DNA of 61,899 bases, the filler included. It is 8 parts of 8 records of this genome, joined end to end, with 100 filler letters (N's around TTAATTAATTAA, not from the genome) between each part and the next. Parts side by side here need not be neighbours in the genome. Positions count along the whole stretch, not along the records: positions 45,490 to 49,327 come from SRR7504441_8262; positions 49,428 to 54,466 come from SRR7504441_8275; positions 54,567 to 61,899 come from SRR7504441_8276; 5 more parts are not named here. The stretch is one strand, 5' to 3'. Under the pieces are notes generated by a model that saw only the letters and a list, made by a program, of their open reading frames with translations, searched no databases and was not told the origin of the DNA. A program made the position numbers and the translations under genes. Positions within the stretch are counted from its first letter, which is position 1; each line of letters opens with the position of its first letter. Positions 45,670-56,086 of this stretch are shown here, piece by piece.

Positions 45670-48600
45670 ATGCGGTCACTCCTGGTGGTGGCCGTGCTGG
45701 CAGCTCTGGCCCAGGCCGGGCCGGCCGTGCAGCTCAGCCTGAACCGCACCGGCGCTTTGCCGTTCTTCGGCGTCGGAGCTCTCTCGGGGGGCGGGGGGAC
45801 GAGCAGATGGTTGGAGGATTACAGCCTGTCCGAGCAGGAGGCCATGCTAGACCTGCTCTTCTTACCCGGCTCCGAGGGCGGCGCCGGGCTTCAGGTGCTC
45901 AAGATCGAGATCGGCGGGGACACTTGGTCCACCCAGGCCACCGAGGAGTCGATCGAGCACTACAGGGGTGAGGTGAACTGCAGCGCCGGGTACGAGATGC
46001 AGCTGGCAAAGCGGGCCGCCGCGCGCAACCCGCGGCTGCAGCTGTACGGGCTCTCGTGGGGCGTGCCCGGCTGGATCGGGAACGGGACTGAGTTCTTCAG
46101 CCAGGACAACATAGACTACCAGGTCCGCTGGTTGCAGTGCATGCGCTCCGCGCACCAGCTCAACGTCTCGTGGATTGGCGTCTGGAACGAGCGGCCTTGG
46201 GACGCCCCGTACTTATCCAAGCTGCGGGGTGCCCTGGACGCGGCTGGTTTCGGCCAAGTTGGGATCGTGGGCGGCGACAACACAGGCTGGCGGTTTGTCG
46301 ACGATGCGATGAACGACGATCGATTGTTCGGCAGCGTGGCCGCCTTCTCGTCCCACTACCCGCTGGCTATGGGAGGGTTCCTGAACGCCACTACCCAGCG
46401 TGAATTGCAGCGTCGGCACATGCCGCTGATGGCCAGCGAAGATTGGTCGCTGTCTGTGCGAGCGGACTGGGGTGGTGCCATGCAGCTCGCCGAGACCCTC
46501 AACCGGAATGTCATCGACGGCGGGATCGGGTGCACCGTGGTCTGGACTCTGATGTACAGTTGGTCCTTCCTGTTCGGCTACGCTGACCCGCCTGCTGCGG
46601 GGGCGCCGGTTGGCGGCCTGGGGCATGGATTGGTGTACGCCGCTGAACCTTGGTCGAATCACTGGGCAGCCTCGCCGCCGCTCTTCGCGCTCATGCACAC
46701 CTCGCTATACACGGAACCGGCGTGGGTCATCCCTGCGGGTGGCCGTGGACGAGTGGACAACGCAACCTTTGTCTCGTATCGTGACACTGCAGGGGACCAT
46801 TTCTCTGTTGTGATAGAAACTAGCGGCATGCTGGCAGCCGCGAATGTATCCTTCAGGCTAGCCGATTGGACATCTTACAGCAACCAACTGCCGTTGGTGC
46901 TGAAGTGCCACGCGACCAACAGCACTAGCTTCTTCCAGCCGCTCGCCCCAGTACCGCTTGATGCGACGCAGAGCTTCACACTCGAGCTTGAGCCGCAAGG
47001 CATAATCTCATGCAGCACACGGACAGCCCCTGCACCTCTTCGCAAGTATCAGAATGGGGCATCCCAACAATTTCCCTTCCCATACGAAGACAATTTCGAC
47101 GATTACCCCGATGGTTCGTTGGCCCGATACCTCACGGCTGAAGGTGGATTCTTTAGCACTGCGCCAGGTGGGCCATGGGGCGGCGCAGCACTAAAGCAGA
47201 AGCTCACCATCAAACCGATTCCGTGGTACAGTGACCCCAACCCCGTAGCTTATATTGGCGATGCCCGAGCAGATGCCTGGCAGGATTACACGGTCAGCTT
47301 GAGAGCAGCCATTGCAGGCGGGCAGGAGCACCGGGATACTTATGTCATGCTCTGCGGACGAGTGGCTTCGTTTGATTCATGCAAACCTACTGGCCGAGAC
47401 AGTGAATGCCCACCTCCGCATGGCTACTGCCTTCGAGTTGGTTTGAGGTCATGGATGCTGATGTTTTCCACCCAGAAGCTGGCTAGTGGCAACGTAACAG
47501 CAAGCCAAGCGGCCGGTTACGATCTCAGCCTTGCCTTTGCCAAGGACAGTCTCAATTGTTCGATTGATGGCAATCTAGTGGCTACTGTGACCACGGTCAA
47601 CTCTAGCTTTGGGGCGGTGGCACTGGGATCTGGATGGCACCAGGCCTGGTTCAGTGGGCTGGCAATCAAGGCGGCTGCTCGAGCTGAGCAAGGCTCGATT
47701 ACAGAAAGGACAGTCACTGCAGGAAATGTCTCACTCGTGCAGCTAGGCGAGGTGTATCCTGATGGATTCCAGACCCTGGATGCGAAAGGCGACCAGTCTG
47801 TGTTATTCGGCAAAGGAGTGAATTTTGTCTATTCGTCACAAGATGGGGGGTTACATTGGTCTGAAGCTTGGGCAGAAGATTACATTGATGCCAGGTTGAA
47901 TGGGTTTCCACAACCGATATGCCGGGACAACACAGGGATTGTGCACAATCTGGGCTCCGCGGGGTTCACTCCCAATCCAGGTGTCCCGATGAAAACTTTT
48001 GGATCGGAGCAAGCTACCGCGTTTTCTATGAACGGCACCAGGGGCGTTGAACATCGAGCATACCGTCCTTCAAGGGCTATCAGCTTCGAATCGCTGCCTA
48101 TTGCCATCAACTGCAGTGCCTCTGGCCCTGGTGCTTGCTGGTGGCTGACAGGATCCAGCCCCAGAGGTGTAGATTTGACACACGTGGAAGGTAGCAATAG
48201 TCGTCACGTTACCACCAGTGTTGTTAACTGGCTTGGCGGAAGCAGGGGTGGCACCAAGAATGGCTCCGGCATATTTGCATGGGCTAGCAACGACACCTAC
48301 CATTGGGAATACCGAGGTACCGTGGCACTCGCATCTGACTTCCCCGAGACGGGCGAGGGTCCAAACGAGCACGACATCACTTTGCTTGCTGATCACAAGA
48401 CGCTCGCGGTGGTGTTTCGCATCGACGCTGGCGATGGGTGGCAATGGACGAGCGTTCCTTACAAAAATTACCACATCGCTACAAGTATTGATTACGGTAT
48501 CTCGTGGAGCACTCCCGGTATCTTGCCTGGGGCGATGGGCTGTGCTCGGCCTCGGCTTCATTTGATGCGTCCGGGAGGCCCGTTGCTTCTCACTGGAGGC

Positions 48601-49185
48601 CGCGCCCGCAACCATGGCTCGTCCGATATATCCTTGTGGATCAACTGGGATGGCATGGCGGGTACTTGGGAGCCTGCAATATCAATCACCGGATGGCACA
48701 ACATGCTAACATCCGAGCCATCGCTTCGTTTTTCGCCAAGCGTCAATGGCACAGACGCACGAGAGACGGATTCATACACTTCGATTCTTCCACTCTCTGA
48801 GACAAAGGTCGTCATTACTTACAATCGCAAAGCCGGCTGGTTTTACAAGAACACTACCGTTCCAGTCCCGTCGTCCCAGTGCCAGGCGCGTCTCGACAGC
48901 GCGTGCAACAACAGGTCCATTCCTCAGGTCGCTACCTGCCTCGACTCGATTTCAGCCGAGAACAAGTCCCTACCTCTTTATGCACGGCGTGACACGGATG
49001 CTGCTGGGGGCCCTGCCGAATGGCGCTGCTACAGCGCGAGCAGCCTTGACGCAAACAAACAGCATTACCTCTCAGGCGATGCCTACTGCACCATGCCCGC
49101 GCTTCTCTCCAATGTGGCCCACACCTGTGGCTTTCTGTGGGGTTGCGGCGCAATATTTTCGATGCAGGTGAACATTGGGGATTAG
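45670..49185 (+). CDS. Secreted GH59 galactocerebrosidase-like protein fused to a BNR/Asp-box propeller and a Cys-rich tail
   Basis: Signal MRSLLVVAVLAALAQA; GH59 motifs GVGALSGGGGTSR, LQVLKIEIGGD, LYGLSWGVPGW, IGVWNE and ASED; Asp boxes SQDGGLHW and SIDYGISW. Single exon. Confidence 0.88.
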   Translation: MRSLLVVAVLAALAQAGPAVQLSLNRTGALPFFGVGALSGGGGTSRWLEDYSLSEQEAMLDLLFLPGSEGGAGLQVLKIEIGGDTWSTQATEESIEHYRGEVNCSAGYEMQLAKRAAARNPRLQLYGLSWGVPGWIGNGTEFFSQDNIDYQVRWLQCMRSAHQLNVSWIGVWNERPWDAPYLSKLRGALDAAGFGQVGIVGGDNTGWRFVDDAMNDDRLFGSVAAFSSHYPLAMGGFLNATTQRELQRRHMPLMASEDWSLSVRADWGGAMQLAETLNRNVIDGGIGCTVVWTLMYSWSFLFGYADPPAAGAPVGGLGHGLVYAAEPWSNHWAASPPLFALMHTSLYTEPAWVIPAGGRGRVDNATFVSYRDTAGDHFSVVIETSGMLAAANVSFRLADWTSYSNQLPLVLKCHATNSTSFFQPLAPVPLDATQSFTLELEPQGIISCSTRTAPAPLRKYQNGASQQFPFPYEDNFDDYPDGSLARYLTAEGGFFSTAPGGPWGGAALKQKLTIKPIPWYSDPNPVAYIGDARADAWQDYTVSLRAAIAGGQEHRDTYVMLCGRVASFDSCKPTGRDSECPPPHGYCLRVGLRSWMLMFSTQKLASGNVTASQAAGYDLSLAFAKDSLNCSIDGNLVATVTTVNSSFGAVALGSGWHQAWFSGLAIKAAARAEQGSITERTVTAGNVSLVQLGEVYPDGFQTLDAKGDQSVLFGKGVNFVYSSQDGGLHWSEAWAEDYIDARLNGFPQPICRDNTGIVHNLGSAGFTPNPGVPMKTFGSEQATAFSMNGTRGVEHRAYRPSRAISFESLPIAINCSASGPGACWWLTGSSPRGVDLTHVEGSNSRHVTTSVVNWLGGSRGGTKNGSGIFAWASNDTYHWEYRGTVALASDFPETGEGPNEHDITLLADHKTLAVVFRIDAGDGWQWTSVPYKNYHIATSIDYGISWSTPGILPGAMGCARPRLHLMRPGGPLLLTGGRARNHGSSDISLWINWDGMAGTWEPAISITGWHNMLTSEPSLRFSPSVNGTDARETDSYTSILPLSETKVVITYNRKAGWFYKNTTVPVPSSQCQARLDSACNNRSIPQVATCLDSISAENKSLPLYARRDTDAAGGPAEWRCYSASSLDANKQHYLSGDAYCTMPALLSNVAHTCGFLWGCGAIFSMQVNIGD

Positions 49186-49327
49186 CACGTTTCCCACCCT
49201 CGGCTGCGTTTCGGAATCCGCAACAACGCTCTGAGATGCCGCCCGAGGCGCGAAGCGCCGCGTCCGTAGACGAGGCGCGGCAGCGCCGAGCCCACCGTCA
49301 GATTTCAGCAAAAGTCCGTTATAAAAG

Positions 49328-49427
49328 NNNNNNNNNNNNNNNNNNNNNNNNNNNNNNNNNNNNNNNNNNNNTTAATTAATTAANNNNNNNNNNNNNNNNN
49401 NNNNNNNNNNNNNNNNNNNNNNNNNNN
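49328..49427. other. Artificial contig spacer
   Basis: N44-TTAATTAATTAA-N44. Confidence 0.99.
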
Positions 49428-49680
49428 AGAGCCTCCAGGCAGCTGCCCGGGCTAAGCCGCCGGCCCGGCTGGTCCGCACCCGTCTGCGTTGCCTTCGGTC
49501 GCGTTCCTGAACAAAGACTGGTCGGCTGCATTGGCCAAGAACGGTCCCTCCTGGTCCGGCGGCAGCACCTGGCCGGGTCGGGCAGCTGGCGCGGTCCCGG
49601 CTGCCCACCTGCATCGACTGGTTCGAGGAGGATGGCCGCCGGGTCAGCCGGCGGGGCGTCCCGGCAGCAGACCGGGACAT
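49428..49680 (-). CDS. 5' fragment of a spliced gene (possibly ankyrin-like)
   Basis: MSRSAAG...QSMQ|VLPPDQEGPFLANAADQSLFRNATEGNADG|CLEA after removing two short GT-AG introns; runs into the gap. Confidence 0.45.
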
Positions 49681-50214
49681 AAGGCGTGCCCTTGTTTTTA
49701 CGGGACCCCAATCGGAGGAGAGCGAGAGGCTGCTAGCGTGCTGGCTGCCGTGGCTGCATGCTCGGCTCGTCCAGCCCGTGGCTGTCTAGCTGATTTATGG
49801 CTTAGCGTGGTGAGCCACTACTTGGCGCAGTGCAGGTGTGATGCACTGCGCCGTGGCCGACCGCGGACCAGTCGCGGGTGGCTGGCGAATAGCCATTCCT
49901 GTTAGTGTACGACTCGTATTATAGCCAACATGACAAATGTTGTCTTCCCTGTTCAACTTTGCTCTACGTGTAGGCGATGCCGCCGAGATCCTGTCCCGCC
50001 TCGGACAGGCCTGCACTCCGTGCTGGACTTGGTGGAACTCCACCTTTGCCATTGGACTATCCCGGCTTCAGTCCATGAGCAAGCAACTGAACATCAGCTG
50101 CTCTGACTCACAAGTGGTTGGAAAGCTCGACTCTGACGCAATCCTCGCGAGCGACTAGCACGTGCCGCTCGCAGCGCAGCAACAAAGGGCCAGGAGCCGT
50201 CGTCGAGGAGCGTG

Positions 50215-53200
50215 ATGCAGATCCGGCACCCGGCGAGTGTGCGTTCCGCCTCGGTGCATGAGATCTCCTGGCTCCGTCGGGCCAGCCTGCTCGGGATCTT
50301 GGTGGCCGCCTACGCGCTCTCGGGTTCCATGTGCTGGGACTCAATGGGCGACCCGTACCGGGCCGCGGTGCTGGAGCAGGCCACCAAGAAGGACACGCGG
50401 AGCCTGGAGGTGGACGCGAGCACCTCAACCACCGACCTGATGGAGATCCTCTCGGAGTTGGTGGTCGAGGCCGAGGCCGAACCACTCCCGGAGGCCAACG
50501 CCACCAACGGCACCAACGCCACAAGCACCAACAGCACATCCGAGCGCCCGAGGCCGCTCCCTTCTCCGTGGCTCCCTGGCGCGTGGTGAGCCGTCTGCGC
50601 TGTGGTCGCGGCTCACTGGCGGGGGCAGGGCATGCGCGGTTACCTTTGTCACCCTCACGAGCCACGCGTTCTTCCACCTGCTGTGCCACTGGTTTGTCTG
50701 GTTCAAGGTGTGGGCCACCTTCCAGCCGGTCAGCAAGATGCGCGAGGGCGCGTATGTGTTCATGGACACACACATGAACAGAGGCAAGCCCGAGCTCTGC
50801 CTGATCTCAAAGACTGTCATCACACGCAAACTTGGGTTCGAATTCCAAAGGCAAAAGTACGAGTGCCTCTCCGGTAAGGAGGACAAGCCGAGCGACGCCG
50901 GGCCGGATGAGCTGGTCGGCCAGTACGGCAACGGTGCTGTCCGGGTGATCGCTCCGCCGTCGCAGCTGCCGCTCTGTGACTATATTGAAGCGAGCGGTCA
51001 CGAGACCGCCCGGTGCACCGAGCGGGCCGAGGCGCTGTACGGGCGGAACAAGCTGACAGTGGCCACTCCGCGCTTCCTGGACTTGTACAGGGAGCAGCTT
51101 GTCTCTCCGCTGGTGGTCTTCCAGCTCTTCACCGCGCTGCTCTGGATGTTAGATGAGTACTGGCAGTTCGTGTGCTTCCAGATCTTCATGGTGCTGCTGC
51201 TCGAGTCGACCACCGTGTTCCAGCGGATCAAAACCTTCGGCACGCTCAACTCAATGAGCTCAAAGCCGTTCTTTGTGCAGGCCTACAGGCAGAACAAGTG
51301 GCACGAGGTGTCTACAGACCAGCTCTACCCTGGAGACCTGATATCACTCGTGTACACCACCAAGAAGGCGGCCGCGCCCGACGCTCCGGCTGCTGACAAG
51401 TCTGCGAATCCGGATCAGTCGAGCGTAAACACGATCCCCTGTGACTGCCTGCTGCTTACTGGGGACGCTGTAGTGAACGAGGCCACACTCACCGGGGAAT
51501 CTGTCCCGCAGATGAAGACCTGCATCGAGGCTGAGGGCGAGAAGCGTCCTCTCGAGCTTGAAAAGGCCGACCGGATGCACGTTCTGTTCTCAGGGACTTC
51601 GCTGGTGACTACGCGCAACAAGGACAGCAAGCAATGCAGCATTCAGACACCGGACGAGGGCTGCCTGTGCTATGTGCTGCGGACCGGCTTCTCCTCATCT
51701 CAGGGCACTTTCATGCAGATGATCGAATGCTCCACTCACAAGCTCTCCGATGGATCCAAGGTACCCCCCTCGCTGCGCCAGGTGTGCTGAGTGTGCCTAC
51801 TCTGCAGGAGACAGGGTACGCGCTGCTTTTCCTGCTCATGTTTGCACTGGCTGCGGCCGGGTATGTGTTCCAGAAAGGGATGGAGAAGGGCGACCGGACC
51901 ACTCATGAGTTGTTGATCAAGTGTGTGATCATCATCACAGCCACAGTGCCCAAACAGCTCCCAATGCAGATGGCCATGGCTGTCAACACAGCCCTGATGG
52001 GCCTGATGAAGAACGGCGTGTTCTGCACCGAGCCGTTTCGGGTTCCTGTTGCTGGGAAGATCTCGCATTGTCTATTTGACAAGACAGGCACCATCACCAC
52101 CGACCAGCTCGTGCCAGTTGGGATCGTGAACAACACTTCGTCCGAGAGACCCAGCCTTCAGGAGGGCGACTCCGTCAGGATCGAAGGGCTCAAGTCTCGT
52201 GACGAACTGAACGGCCAAAAAGCTGTGGTGGTCACATCAGCAGGTGGCGATGGGCGGCTTCAGGTGATGGCTGGTACCGAAACGCTATCGATCAAGTCAG
52301 CAAACTGCGTGCCGTTGGAGCACCAGCTTACGGAAGTAGTTCAAGCCGAGACCGAGGTGGCTCTGGTGCTGAGTGGATGCCACTCGCTGGTGGAGGTAGA
52401 TGACGTGGGGCTGGTCGGAGACCCGATCGAGATGGCCGCTTTGCGTGGGATAGGCTGGCGCTATCTCGGCGGCGAAGAGAAAGCTCGTCCAGGCAACTGG
52501 GAGACTACGGAGAAGACGCTTGCAGAGCTCAAGGCGACTCTGGACAAGATGAAACCGGAAGACAAGAAGCGAGACGGTGTGAAGGAGAAGATAAGCAGTG
52601 CAGAGCAACGGATTGAAACCTCCAAGGACCGTGCAAAGAAAAGTCTTGTGAGCGAGGTTCAGATTGTCCACCGGCATCACTTTGAGTCAGGACTGCAGCG
52701 GATGTCCGTCGTGGCGAAAGCCACCGGCAAGCAATCATTCAATGGATTCTTCTGTCTGGTGAAAGGCTCCCCAGAGGCTATTGGGAACTTGCTAGCCGAA
52801 GGGAATAAGCCAGAGTGGTACGATGCCACCTACCAGAAGCTGGCTCGCAGGGGGATGAGAGTGCTTGCCCTTGCAATGCGGCCATGCCCTGAAATCAAGA
52901 GCAACTCAGACAATCAGATCCGGTCACGGTCCTGGGTGGAAAGTGACCTGCTGTTTGCTGGCTTCATTGCCTTTGAGTGTCGCTCAAGAGTGGACTCTGG
53001 GATGGTGATCGGTGCGTTGATCGAATCGGCCCACAAAGTGGCAATGGTAACAGGAGATGCAGCGCTGACTGCTCTGCATATTGCAAGGGAAGTGGGAATC
53101 TGTGATCCGGACAAACAGACTTTGGTGCTCCAGGAAGTTGAATCCGGGCAGATGGGGTGGATGGACGCCTTCGAGCCGGAGAAAGAGGTGGCAGCCGTGG

Positions 53201-54466
53201 GCGCCAACCTTGCAGAGCTGAGGGAGCAATATAACTTGATGCTCACCGAGTCAGCGCTTCAAGCCGCAGGAGCTGAGCACCCGCAGTTGTGGGACCAGGT
53301 CGAGGCAATTCAGGTCTTTGCACGGATGTCGCCCTCTGGCAAGGCAGCAGTGATTGCTGCGATACAAAAGCAGGGGCATCATGTGTTAATGTGTGGGGAC
53401 GGGGGCAACGATGTTGGGGCGCTCAAGCAGTCTGATGTTGGCATGGCACTGCTTTCTGGGTATGGCAACGTAAATGCGGCTGATGAGGGTCAGCAAGAGC
53501 AAGAGGAGGACGGGGAAGAGGCCGAGCTCAAGCTGAACAAGCGTGTCGACGATCTCAAGAAGGCTGGAGCTGCAGCTCAGAAGCTCATGAAGGAAGAGAT
53601 GAATCAGGTTAAGAAAGACTTGACAAACTCGCAGAAACAGTGGATGATGGACGAGATTGAGGCACGGCGGGCAAGAGGAGAGGATGTGGGGATCATGGCC
53701 ACGATGGGGATCATGAAAGAGACCATGACACGGATGAAGAATGAGCTGATGGCTGCGCAGAAGGATATCCAGCGCAAGCATGGCAACATCTTTGACAAGG
53801 ACAAATCGATTGAGAAGATGGAGGAGGACATGTCCACCACAATGCCTGTGGTCCGCCCTGGCGATGCATCTGTAGCTGCCCCCTTCACCTCGCGAGCTCC
53901 ATCGATCAAAAACGTGGTCGACCTTATTCGTCAGGGCCGGTGCACACTACTCAGCGCCCTACAGAACCAGCAGATTATGATGCTTGAGTGCATAATTTCT
54001 TCTTACTGCATCTCGGCCCTCTCTCTTGAGGGCGGCAGGAGCTCGGAGCGGCAGATGATGGCTTCGAGTTGGCTGATCATGATCGCTTCTATCGCCTTTT
54101 CCTACGCCACACCGATTGAGAGGATGAGCAAGATCCAGCCGCTGTCGTCATTGTTCCACCCAGCTGTGTTTGTGTCGATGCTCGGGCAAGCTGCACTTCA
54201 CTTGGGCTGCCTCGTGTTTGCAGTGCGACTGGCAACAGAGGAGATGGGTCCCGAGGCGCTCCGCGAGGTGTGCCTCCTAATGCCCCACCTTAACCTCAGG
54301 CGAGACTGAGCGTTGCTTGTGGGTTCAGGTGGTAGATTTCCACAAGAAGCAAAAGATGATCCGACTGGGCCAGTTGGAGAACCCTAACCCGACCGAGGAC
54401 ATGGACTGGACCGAATGGGCCATGGCCACGTGGAACATCCCGTTCCTGCCCAACCTGCTCAACACT
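50215..54466 (+). CDS. ATP13A1: P5A-type ATPase (ATP13A1/Spf1 family), 3'-truncated
   Basis: Motifs LWMLDEYW, NEATLTGES, PKQLPM, CTEPFRVP.AG, FDKTGT, KGSPE, MVTGD and MCGDGGNDVGALK. Introns at ~50586-50628, 51761-51807 and 54268-54328. Confidence 0.92.
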
Positions 54467-54566
54467 NNNNNNNNNNNNNNNNNNNNNNNNNNNNNNNNNN
54501 NNNNNNNNNNTTAATTAATTAANNNNNNNNNNNNNNNNNNNNNNNNNNNNNNNNNNNNNNNNNNNN
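54467..54566. other. Artificial contig spacer
   Basis: N44-TTAATTAATTAA-N44. Confidence 0.99.
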
Positions 54567-55990
54567 ATGAGCGACTGGGCAGTGCGCTTGGCCGGAGTAA
54601 GCGGGCTTCTCGGGGCGCTGTGGGCGTTGCGCGGGGCGGGCCGACGGCAGAGGCCCACGCCAGAGTACCGGGCTGCCAACCCGTGGTGGATTCTGCCCTG
54701 CTTGGACTGGGTGCGGCGGGGCAGCGGCCCAGCCCCGCTCCAGCCTCCTGCGGCCCCGCCGGCCCCGGTGGAACAGTTCGGGGCGCCAGCACGCGGGTGC
54801 TTCCTGCTGGAGCCTGGGATGGCCTACCTGAACCACGGCAGCTACGGGGCCACCCTCCGCTGTGCGCTCGACGCCAAGGAGTGGTGGGTGCGCCGGATGG
54901 AAAGCGAGCCGGTCCGGTTCATGGACGCCGAGGTGCTGCCGGCCATGGCCGCGGCCCAGCGGGCGCTCGCCCAGTTTGTGCACGCCGCCCCGGAGGACCT
55001 GGCGCTCGTGCCCAATGCGACCACAGCGGTGAATGCAGTGCTCGGCTCGCTGGAGCTCAGCCCCGGCGATGTTGTGCTCGGCCTGGACATCAGCTACGGG
55101 GCGGTGCTAAGCTCGCTCGATTACGCTTGCACCAAGGCTAGGGCTCGGCTGGTGCAAGTGCGGGTGCCCTGGCCGCTGAGCGATGACCGGCTGCTGGCGG
55201 CGGTGGAGGCGGCGCTGGACGATGAGCCTCGTGCAGTGTTCATGCTAATCGACCACGTGACCTCATGCCCCGCCGTGCTGCTGCCCGTGGAGCGGGTCTG
55301 CGCACTGTGCCGTCAGCGGGGCGTGTCAACCATGGTGGATGGGGCTCACGCGGTCGGCTCGATGCGGCTAGATGTGCCAGCGATAGGCGCAGATGCTTAC
55401 ACGTCAAACTGCCACAAGTGGCTGTGCACACCGAAAGGCACTGCGTTCTTATGGCTGCGGAAAGGCCCTTTCCAGGAGCGCACGCGGCCGACCGTTATAT
55501 CGCACGGGTACGGGCTGGGATTTGTTCGTGAGTTCATGTGGGTGGCCACCTGTGACTATGTGAGTGGCCTGGTCGGCCGCGTGTCTGACCAGGGTGACAG
55601 ACGCCCTTTCTGGGCATAATTCCAGCAATCGAGTTCTTTCAGCGCGTGGGGCTGGACCGGATAGTGGAACACAACCACCGCTTGGCGGTCAGAGCCGGTC
55701 AATTACTGGCGGAGGCCTGGGGCACAACCACCCTTGTAGGGCCTGAGCACTGCACATGCATGTGTGTAGTGCGCGCCCCGGCGGGAACCGACCAAAGGCC
55801 GGCTCGCTACCCAGCCACATCGGATGGAGCCAAGCAGCTCAACCTCGCCCTGCGGGCAGGCGGAGTTGAGGTGCCGGTATTCCCTTTCCACGGGGCACTA
55901 CACGTCAGAGTGTCGGCGCAAATTTACAACGAGCTAGAGGATTACCAACGGCTTGCGGATTTAATGCAGGTGTTACAGAATGGGACATGA
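54567..55990 (+). CDS. Class-V PLP enzyme (hercynylcysteine sulfoxide lyase Egt2 / L-cysteine desulfhydrase / isopenicillin-N-epimerase-like); 2 exons
   Basis: Motifs YLNHGSYGA, VPNATTAVN, DHVTS, VDGAH, SNCHKW and RVSAQIYN; 41-nt intron at 55560..55600. The ATG sits at the contig edge. Confidence 0.88.
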
Positions 55991-56086
55991 ACACCTAAGC
56001 GCTAACAAGCTCGATAAGAACGGCATTATCTGAGGCATTAATTTAGGAGTGAAAATCCTATGATTGGCATTTGCAATTTATTTAAG

